Assembly: GCA_045626925.1 (NCBI GenBank)
Contig: JAZUQZ010000001.1
Span: 40,432 to 104,431 of the forward strand
DNA length: 64,000 nt
Reading direction: 5' to 3'
Origin: Candidatus Aphodoplasma sp.
GTDB lineage: Bacteria; Bacillota; Clostridia; UBA1381; UMGS1253
Under the pieces are notes generated by a model. That model saw nothing but the letters and a program-made list of their open reading frames with translations, had not been told where the DNA came from and did no database searches. The position numbers and the translations under genes are program-made. Each line of letters begins with the position of its first letter. Position 1 is the stretch's first letter. Positions 54,102 through 64,000 of this stretch are shown here, piece after piece.

Positions 54102-55429
54102 GAATGTTGTCCTCCTGTGTATTGTGATATATTTAAAATCTTTTGCACAAAATCCTCTCCGTCATTTAAAACAGGAGTAATTTTTATATTAAGCTTTTTT
54201 TCAAGTTCATCAAGGGTCATATTGTCTAAAAAAACATCATCATCTGCTCTGAGCATAGATGCAGGTATATATATATGCTCTCCAAGCTGGCAGCCGCGTA
54301 GCTGCTCAATTATATCGCATGCGCACACAAGACCGCTCACATTTACATCTCCACCAAAAAAAGTGTTTTTAATAGCATAAACATTTATTTTTAAACCATC
54401 AAAGCGTTCCTCGAGACGAGTTGCAAGGCTTTTTATAAAACCATACGCAAGCTCGCCGGTGACGATGCTGACTTTTCTTTTTAAAGGCATAGGCGATATT
54501 TGTTCTATAGCCTTGTCAAATTCGTTTTGCATACTGACAACAAGTCCAACACCATTATCAAGCTGGGGGAAATCGTCATATTCTTCTTCAGCAGGGAAAG
54601 GCATATCAGCCATCAAATAAAACTCGTCAGATGCATATACAAGAGCCTTACCATGCTCTTTTTTAAAGGCATTCTGATGTGTGTGTATTTGATTTAATAG
54701 CGCCCGAGCACTTTCTTTATTATATGATTTAAGTGGATAAAGTCCATCACGATGACCGCTGAGACCAACGGGCACAACGCTTATGCTATTAACATAAGGA
54801 GCTAATGCATTCAAGTCGCAAAGCGTTCTGTCAAGCTCTTGACCGTCATTTATACTGGGACAGAGCACAATTTGACAATTCATATAAATTTCCTTTTGCG
54901 CAAAATGCTTCATAATTTCATACAATTTGCCTGCAAATCTATTTGAAAGCATTATTTCCCGAAGCGATGGATTCGTCGTGTGTACAGACACATTCACGGG
55001 CGAAATGCGCATCCGCACAATGCGGTCAATGTCATGCTGGTTAAGGTTTGTGAGTGTGATATAATTACCCTGCAAAAACGATAGGCGAGCGTCATCATCT
55101 TTAAAATAAACCGTTTCGCGCATACCCTTTGGAAGCTGGTCGATAAAACAGAAAATACACTTGTTTTTGCAGCTTTTAGGCTCGTCCATAAGCGTGTTTT
55201 CAAACTCAACACCAAGGTCCTCATACCCTGTATAAACCTCAATAATTTCAATCTCGCCATCAGATTTTAAAATCTCAAGTTCAAGCTCTTCATCACAAGA
55301 CAGAAATCTATAATCCAATATGTCTTCTATTTGTGTGTTATTTATTTTTAATATACTGTCGCCTGCACAAAGACCGATTTCTTCGGCTATGCTATCTGGC
55401 AATACAGTTTTAATTTTCGCATTTTTCAT
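54086..55429 (-). CDS. DUF512 protein: PDZ-like N-terminus plus radical-SAM-like core, function unknown
   Basis: 447 aa. PDZ-like IAEEIGLCAGDSILKINNTQIEDILDY. C-x3-C-x2-C motif CKNKCIFCF. The 3' end overlaps the der start by 16 nt. Confidence 0.8.
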   Translation of the reverse strand: MKNAKIKTVLPDSIAEEIGLCAGDSILKINNTQIEDILDYRFLSCDEELELEILKSDGEIEIIEVYTGYEDLGVEFENTLMDEPKSCKNKCIFCFIDQLPKGMRETVYFKDDDARLSFLQGNYITLTNLNQHDIDRIVRMRISPVNVSVHTTNPSLREIMLSNRFAGKLYEIMKHFAQKEIYMNCQIVLCPSINDGQELDRTLCDLNALAPYVNSISVVPVGLSGHRDGLYPLKSYNKESARALLNQIHTHQNAFKKEHGKALVYASDEFYLMADMPFPAEEEYDDFPQLDNGVGLVVSMQNEFDKAIEQISPMPLKRKVSIVTGELAYGFIKSLATRLEERFDGLKINVYAIKNTFFGGDVNVSGLVCACDIIEQLRGCQLGEHIYIPASMLRADDDVFLDNMTLDELEKKLNIKITPVLNDGEDFVQKILNISQYTGGQHSWQNR

Positions 55430-55615
55430 GATGTGTCCTTTCGCCTCATGTTTACCGGATATACTTATTTAATATTATCTAATAAAATGAGAAAATAGTC
55501 AAGTATTTTTACCAATAGTTTCATGAAAACACAACATGTAGTAAATTTATGTTGTTATATTTAATAATGTATGATAAAATATATATTATAAATTATTTGC
55601 CTGAAGAAAGGCGGA

Positions 55616-56296
55616 ATGGAGAAAAGTATGTTGACACAATCGAAAAAAGAATTTATTGAGTTTATGATGAGTGCAGATGTGTTAAGATTTGGCGATTTTG
55701 TTACAAAAAGCGGTAGAAATACGCCATATTTTGTAAACACGGGAAACTATAAAACAGGAGCCCAATTTGCGCGTCTTTCAAAGTTTTATGCAGATTTGAT
55801 ACAAAGCACCTTATCTGACGAATTTGATGCGCTTTTTGGACCGGCATACAAAGGAATTGTGCTTGCAGCGGGTGCATCAGGTGCGCTATACACAAATCAT
55901 GGCATAGATAAGCCATATTTTTATAATCGCAAAGAGGTCAAAGACCACGGCGAAGGCGGAAGTCTTGTTGGATATAAACCGCAAGATAATGACAGAGTAA
56001 TTATTGTAGAAGATGTTATAACAGCAGGAACGGCATTGCGCGAAACATTGCCGATTTTAAACGCTGTGGCAAAGCTTTCTATCAAAGATATGTTTATTTC
56101 TGTAAACAGATGCGAATATGGCCAGGATGCATCGATGGCGGTTACTGATGAGGTAAAAAAAGAGTTTGATATAAATGTTCATTCTATAATTGATGTTGTG
56201 GATATTTATGAATATTTGAAAGAAAAAGAAGAGTATAAAGCTGTCGCAGATGCAATGCAAGGCTATATGCAAAAATACTGTGTAATCAACAAATAA
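55616..56296 (+). CDS. pyrE: orotate phosphoribosyltransferase
   Basis: 226 aa. PRPP-binding loop VIIVEDVITAGTA. LRFGDFVTKSGRNTPYFVN. The start could instead be ATG 55628. Confidence 0.9.
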   Translation: MEKSMLTQSKKEFIEFMMSADVLRFGDFVTKSGRNTPYFVNTGNYKTGAQFARLSKFYADLIQSTLSDEFDALFGPAYKGIVLAAGASGALYTNHGIDKPYFYNRKEVKDHGEGGSLVGYKPQDNDRVIIVEDVITAGTALRETLPILNAVAKLSIKDMFISVNRCEYGQDASMAVTDEVKKEFDINVHSIIDVVDIYEYLKEKEEYKAVADAMQGYMQKYCVINK

Positions 56297-56324
56297 ATCT
56301 TAAAACAAAAGGAATGGGATTGTT

Positions 56325-59006
56325 ATGAGCGAGCGCCTTATAATTATAGATGGAAACAGCATTATCAATCGTGCTTTTTATGGTATACGCACCTTGAACA
56401 CAAAGGACGGAACACCGACAAATGCCATCTATGGCTTTTTAAATATTATGCTAAAGTATACCCAGGATATAAATCCTGATTATTTGTGCGTCGCTTTTGA
56501 TTTATCTGCACCGACCTTTAGACATAAAATGTATTCGGAATATAAGGCTCAAAGAAAGCGTATGCCTGAGGAGCTTGCACTGCAAATGCCGATTATGAAG
56601 CAGGTTTTAGACGCTATGAATATAAAAATCCTTGAAAAAGAAGGATATGAAGCGGACGATATAATCGGCACTGTGTCTGATATTTGTGACAAAAGTGATA
56701 TAGAATGTATTATTGTTACAGGAGACAAAGATGATTTACAACTTGCAACAAACACAACGAAGATTTATCTTACAACAACAAGCAAGGGCGCTACAAATAC
56801 AGATATTTATGACGAGGCTGCAGTACTTGAAAAATATGGTGTTACGCCAAAGCAATTTATTGATGTAAAAGCGCTCATGGGTGATACATCTGACAATATA
56901 CCCGGTGTTGCAGGCATAGGTGAAAAGACAGCGCTTTCACTTATACAAACCTGTAAAAGTATTGAGCGTTTGTACGATGATATAAATAATAGCGGTGCAA
57001 AAGGAGCGGTGCTTACAAAGCTTGAAAACGGCAGAGAAAGTGCTTTTCTGAGCAAAACCCTTGCAACGATTGATAAAAATGTTCCGATTGATTTTATCGT
57101 TGAAGATGCGCGCACAAAGAAATATGACAACGACGCGCTTTATCAATTGTTGAGCAAGCTCGAGTTTAAAAGTCTTATTAAAAAGTTGGGACTTTCTGAA
57201 AATGGCGTATCTTCGAAGAGTATAAGCAAAATTGAACTTGAAAAGCCACAAACAATTATTATAAGCGATACTACCGAGCTTGGTGAACTTGTAAAGGCCG
57301 TTTATAACGAAAAAAGCCTTGTTTACAGAATTTATAAAAGCAATGCAATGCTTGATGCAATTGCTATATATACATCAAAAAAGGTTTATTATGTTCCGAC
57401 GGGACTGTTTTTGACCGAACATGTGATAATTGATGCATTATCAGATATATTTAATGATAAAGGTATCGAAAAAATTACGCATGGAGCAAAGGATGATATC
57501 GTTTTATTGCATAAATTTGGTGTAAATTATCAAAACCTTGCTTTTGATACGGCAATTGGTGCGTATATACTTGAGCCGTCCAGCACTGATTATGAGATCA
57601 GCTCTCTTGCAGAAGAATATCTTAATATAAGTATTTTGTCTGAAGAATATATACTTGGCAAGGGCAAGTCGCGTGTACGCATTTGTGATATTGATGAAAA
57701 TATTGCTGCCGATTTTGCAGCGAAACAGCTTTTATCTATAGTGCATTTGAAAGATTATATTGCAAACACTCTTGAAAAAAATGACCAGCATTTTCTTTAT
57801 TACCATATCGAGTTACCTCTTGTAAGCGTGCTTGCTAATATGCAGATAGTAGGCGTAGCAGTTGATAAAGACAATCTTTACAACTTCAATAAAATGCTTA
57901 CAGCACGCATAGACGAACTTAAAACAAAAATATATGAGCTTGCAGGATGCGAATTTAATATAAATTCTACAAAACAACTCGGAGAGGTGCTTTTTGAAAA
58001 GCTTGGACTAAAGGCCGTAAAAAAGACGAAAACAGGATATTCAACCGATGCAGCAGTGCTTGAAAAGCTTGTCGGGAGTCACGATATTATTGAATATCTT
58101 ATAGAATATAGGCTTGTTAATAAAATTAAAACAACATACGGCGATGGATTGCTTAGCGTAATAAATGATGAAACGGGTAGAATACATTCGAGTTTTAATC
58201 AAACTGTTACTGCAACAGGACGCATAAGCTCAACAGAGCCTAATATGCAAAACATTCCCGTTCGTCACGAGCTTGGGCGCGAGATACGACGGATGTTTGT
58301 TGCAAAAGAAGGGTGCACGCTTGTCGATGCGGACTATTCACAAATAGAGCTTCGCATATTGGCACATATTGCAAAAGACGAAGCGATGATAAAAGCTTTT
58401 GATGATGGAGTGGATATTCACGCAGTTACTGCGTCACAGGTGCTTGGTATACCGCTTGAAAGTGTTACATCAGCCCAGCGCTCGAATGCAAAAGCAGTAA
58501 ATTTCGGAATCGTGTATGGCATAGGGGAGTTTAGTCTTTCAAAAGACCTTAAAATAAGCGTATATGAAGCGCGAAAATATATCGACGGCTATCTTGGACA
58601 TTATAAAGGCGTTAAAAAATATATGGACGAAATAAAAAATGAAGCATATGAAAAAGGATATGTTACAACAATATTTGGCAGACGAAGATATATTCCGGAA
58701 CTTAAATCATCAAACTTTAATATAAGAGCGTTTGGCGAGCGGGTGGCGCTTAATACACCAATTCAAGGCAGTGCAGCAGATATTATAAAGCTTGCTATGG
58801 TAAGAGTTCATGAGCGTCTTTTAAAAGAAGGGCTCAAATCACAACTCATATTACAGGTTCATGATGAATTGATTGTTGAAGCGTATGATAATGAACTTGA
58901 AAAAGTAAAAGAAATTTTGCGTAGTGAAATGGAAAATGTAATGAAACTTGATGTATCACTTTTGGCAGAGGCTAAAGATGCAAAGAGCTGGTATGACGCA
59001 AAATAA
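56325..59006 (+). CDS. polA: DNA polymerase I
   Basis: 893 aa. 5' nuclease N-terminus (LIIIDGNSIINRAFY), polymerase motif A DYSQIELR, motif C QVHDEL. Confidence 0.97.
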   Translation: MSERLIIIDGNSIINRAFYGIRTLNTKDGTPTNAIYGFLNIMLKYTQDINPDYLCVAFDLSAPTFRHKMYSEYKAQRKRMPEELALQMPIMKQVLDAMNIKILEKEGYEADDIIGTVSDICDKSDIECIIVTGDKDDLQLATNTTKIYLTTTSKGATNTDIYDEAAVLEKYGVTPKQFIDVKALMGDTSDNIPGVAGIGEKTALSLIQTCKSIERLYDDINNSGAKGAVLTKLENGRESAFLSKTLATIDKNVPIDFIVEDARTKKYDNDALYQLLSKLEFKSLIKKLGLSENGVSSKSISKIELEKPQTIIISDTTELGELVKAVYNEKSLVYRIYKSNAMLDAIAIYTSKKVYYVPTGLFLTEHVIIDALSDIFNDKGIEKITHGAKDDIVLLHKFGVNYQNLAFDTAIGAYILEPSSTDYEISSLAEEYLNISILSEEYILGKGKSRVRICDIDENIAADFAAKQLLSIVHLKDYIANTLEKNDQHFLYYHIELPLVSVLANMQIVGVAVDKDNLYNFNKMLTARIDELKTKIYELAGCEFNINSTKQLGEVLFEKLGLKAVKKTKTGYSTDAAVLEKLVGSHDIIEYLIEYRLVNKIKTTYGDGLLSVINDETGRIHSSFNQTVTATGRISSTEPNMQNIPVRHELGREIRRMFVAKEGCTLVDADYSQIELRILAHIAKDEAMIKAFDDGVDIHAVTASQVLGIPLESVTSAQRSNAKAVNFGIVYGIGEFSLSKDLKISVYEARKYIDGYLGHYKGVKKYMDEIKNEAYEKGYVTTIFGRRRYIPELKSSNFNIRAFGERVALNTPIQGSAADIIKLAMVRVHERLLKEGLKSQLILQVHDELIVEAYDNELEKVKEILRSEMENVMKLDVSLLAEAKDAKSWYDAK

Positions 59007-59026
59007 CAGTTTTGGAGGCGTTTTTT

Positions 59027-59614
59027 GTGACAGTGATTGGTTTAACGGGCGGCAGCGGCAGTGGCAAAACTGCTATTGCATCGCTTTTGCAAAAAAAAGG
59101 TATTGATATAATAGATGCAGATATAATCGCTCGTGAGATTGTAAAAAAAGGCGAGCCTGCGCTTAATGAAATTGTAGAAGAGTTTGGTGGTGACATTCTT
59201 CTTTCGTCGGGCGAGCTTGATAGGAAAAAGCTTGGATCGATTGTTTTTACAAACAAAGAAAAACTTAAAAATCTAAACAAAATAACACACAAATATATTA
59301 CAAAAATTATAATGCAGAATTTATCGGAACATGCAAGCGAAATTGTAGTGATTGATGCTGCTTTGTTAAAAGAAAGCGGTCTAATCGATATCTGTGACTA
59401 TGTAATTTTCGTAACTGCAAATACAGATGTGCGCATTAAAAGAATTATTGAGCGTGACAAACTTGATAAAAAGGCGGCACTTGATAGAATACAATCACAG
59501 GATGCTGATGAAGATTATTTAAGATATGCAGATTTTGTGGTTGACAATTCGGGAGAAAAATCACTTGATGAAATTGCAGAAGATATTTGTCATAAAATCG
59601 GAGGGATAGTTTGA
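59027..59614 (+). CDS. coaE: dephospho-CoA kinase
   Basis: The track starts at TTG 59012; GGAGG (59014-59018) is 8 nt before GTG 59027. P-loop GLTGGSGSGKT. Confidence 0.92.
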   Translation: MTVIGLTGGSGSGKTAIASLLQKKGIDIIDADIIAREIVKKGEPALNEIVEEFGGDILLSSGELDRKKLGSIVFTNKEKLKNLNKITHKYITKIIMQNLSEHASEIVVIDAALLKESGLIDICDYVIFVTANTDVRIKRIIERDKLDKKAALDRIQSQDADEDYLRYADFVVDNSGEKSLDEIAEDICHKIGGIV

Positions 59615-59615
59615 A

Positions 59616-60182
59616 GTGAAGGCTAAAGCGATATTTATTATTTCACTTATGCTTCTTATATCGTGCGCTTTTGCGGCACCGTCAATATATAAAACTGTCA
59701 TGAAATTTATATATCCCGTTGCAGACGAAGAAATCATATATAAATGCGCGACGGAAAACGAGCTTGACCCATATTTAGTGCTTTCTGTTATAAAAGCGGA
59801 AAGCAATTTTGTGAGTGATGCTCTTTCGCATAAAGATGCAAAAGGACTTATGCAAATAACGGATGAAACAGGAAAATGGGCAGCGGAAAAAATGGGAATT
59901 GAGGATTTTGAGGTTATGGACCTTAATACACCGTCAATAAATGTGTCAATCGGTTGTTGGTATTTAAGATATTTGCTTGATAAGTACGATAACAATATTA
60001 CGCTTGCCCTTTGCGCATACAACGCCGGCAGCACAAATGTATCAAAATGGCTTGCGAATAAAAAATATTCATTCGATGGTAAAACACTTGATGAAATACC
60101 ATTTAATGAAACGAAAAAATATGTGGAAAACATAGAAAAATATCACAAACGATATATGCAATTGTATAAAGATATTTTTTAA
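59616..60182 (+). CDS. lytic transglycosylase (SLT domain), probable lipoprotein
   Basis: 188 aa. GTG start. Signal peptide with lipobox LLISC. Catalytic-Glu block AESNF, then GLMQIT and AYNAG. Confidence 0.88.
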   Translation: MKAKAIFIISLMLLISCAFAAPSIYKTVMKFIYPVADEEIIYKCATENELDPYLVLSVIKAESNFVSDALSHKDAKGLMQITDETGKWAAEKMGIEDFEVMDLNTPSINVSIGCWYLRYLLDKYDNNITLALCAYNAGSTNVSKWLANKKYSFDGKTLDEIPFNETKKYVENIEKYHKRYMQLYKDIF

Positions 60183-60186
60183 AAAC

Positions 60187-60218
60187 AAAAGCCTTACACA
60201 TTGCGTGCAAGGCTTTTT
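60187..60218. terminator. bidirectional terminator shared by the SLT gene (+) and the 57-aa ORF (-)
   Basis: AAAAGCCTTACAC / GTGCAAGGCTTTT hairpin with loop ATTGC, flanked by an A-run (60181-60190) and a T-run (60214-60218). Confidence 0.8.
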
Positions 60219-60225
60219 GCTAATT

Positions 60226-60399
60226 TTATAAATCGTCTGCATCTTGGACAGGTGTTTCACCTTTGTGACGAGGACTGCCTGTCCAACTGCCCATTGGGTC
60301 AGTTTTTAGCTGTGATGAACTTACATATGCATCAACAACCTGCTGAGCCTTTTGCTGAGCTTTGTTATGGGTGTTTTGTTCTTTTTTGTCTTTGCGCAT
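60226..60399 (-). CDS. small hypothetical protein (57 aa), not in the supplied ORF track
   Basis: My own translation of the minus strand: MRKDKKEQNTHNKAQQKAQQVVDAYVSSSQLKTDPMGSWTGSPRHKGETPVQDADDL, stop TAA. SD AAAAGGAGAAAAAC ends 6 nt before the ATG. A terminator lies 8 nt after the stop. Confidence 0.6.
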   Translation of the reverse strand: MRKDKKEQNTHNKAQQKAQQVVDAYVSSSQLKTDPMGSWTGSPRHKGETPVQDADDL

Positions 60400-60584
60400 T
60401 GTTTTTCTCCTTTTAAAACCTGATTTAATGTGGCGATATTATTTTATGTAAAAAAACAAAAAAACACATCAAGAAAAATAAAGTAAAACAGCAAAAAACT
60501 GACTATTTTTTAGCAACAAAATGAGTGACAAAACAACATAAATATAATAAAATTTATATCAAGAAAATTAAAGGGGGCTTTGTT

Positions 60585-60733
60585 GTGAATAATTTTAGCA
60601 TAGGCATGATTCTTGAATCGTTTAAACTACCATACAACAAGGCAATTGAACGCGCGAGTGAGCTTGGGGGGCACAAGGCGTTCAGGATATAGAGCAAAAT
60701 GCAGAGCGTATTGAAAAATCAAAAAAAGAATAA
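60585..60733 (+). pseudogene. remnant of a sugar-phosphate isomerase/epimerase-like (xylose-isomerase-type TIM barrel) gene
   Basis: AAGGGGG SD plus GTG 60585 gives VNNFSIGMILESFKLPYNKAIERASELGG, then the frame breaks in a G6 run (60666-60671). The +2 frame continues AQGVQDIEQNAERIEKSKKE-stop (60731-60733). Only about 50 codons remain in total, and the remnant keeps its own terminator. Confidence 0.5.
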
Positions 60734-60737
60734 AATT

Positions 60738-60768
60738 AAAAGCCATGCATAATTTATGCTTGGCTTTT
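60738..60768 (+). terminator. rho-independent terminator after the gene remnant
   Basis: AAAAGCCATGCAT (60738-60750), loop AATTT, ATGCTTGGCTTTT (60756-60768), one mismatch, T-run. Confidence 0.7.
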
Positions 60769-60834
60769 TCTATATAATATGATAGAATAAATTGGTAAGC
60801 AAATAAATGTTAAAGATATGGTGTGGTATAATAA

Positions 60835-64000
<3,166 letters not shown>

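Noticed and set aside
60430-60510. A dif-like TTATGTAAA half-site and a series of phased A-tracts (60450-60498) in the AT-rich spacer.
   Set aside because: Only the right half resembles the Bacillus dif core and the left arm does not match. The A-tracts fit ordinary curved promoter-upstream DNA between divergent transcription units. No XerC/D-type gene or other terminus evidence is present.

Overview
This 64-kb window reads as core chromosome of a low-GC, endospore-forming Firmicute of the Clostridia type. The evidence is an alpha/beta-type SASP gene, CIRCE/HrcA heat-shock control, and the conserved gene strings obg-yhbY-nadD-yqeK-rsfS-leuS and DUF512-der-plsY-gpsA. There are about 56 protein genes at roughly 90% coding density in three strand blocks: + from 1 to 45.2 kb, - from 45.3 to 55.4 kb, and + from 55.6 to 64 kb. 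The content is mostly housekeeping. DNA repair and replication: uvrB, uvrA, mutS, mutL, recG, rmuC, polA, ligA. Translation and tRNA modification: thrS, leuS, rplU, rpmA, miaA, miaB, dusB, a pseudouridine synthase, obg, der, rsfS, yhbY. Chaperones: hrcA-grpE-dnaK-dnaJ. Nucleotide and cofactor synthesis: guaB, purL, pyrE, nadD, coaE. Lipid synthesis: plsY, gpsA. Cell wall: lysA, a D-Ala-D-Ala carboxypeptidase, and a lytic transglycosylase. There is also a four-gene membrane Na+-translocating biotin decarboxylase operon. By eye I saw no rRNA, tRNA, CRISPR array, transposase or integrase, phage gene or recognisable defence gene. I did not find a convincing new multi-gene system. The best leads are single genes. 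(1) A 130-aa ORF sits between uvrB and uvrA and looks like a catalytically dead minimal nucleotidyltransferase. (2) A 57-aa ORF with a strong SD falls below the ORF-track cutoff. (3) A small decayed accessory patch at 60.2-62.2 kb holds a gene remnant and an orphan flippase. (4) A DUF512 PDZ/radical-SAM gene is translationally coupled to der. (5) A GT-C-like membrane protein occupies the slot after miaA where hfq usually lies. Many ORF-track starts appear over-extended, so I re-assigned them from SD spacing. All family calls are by-eye motif recognition, and no searches were run.
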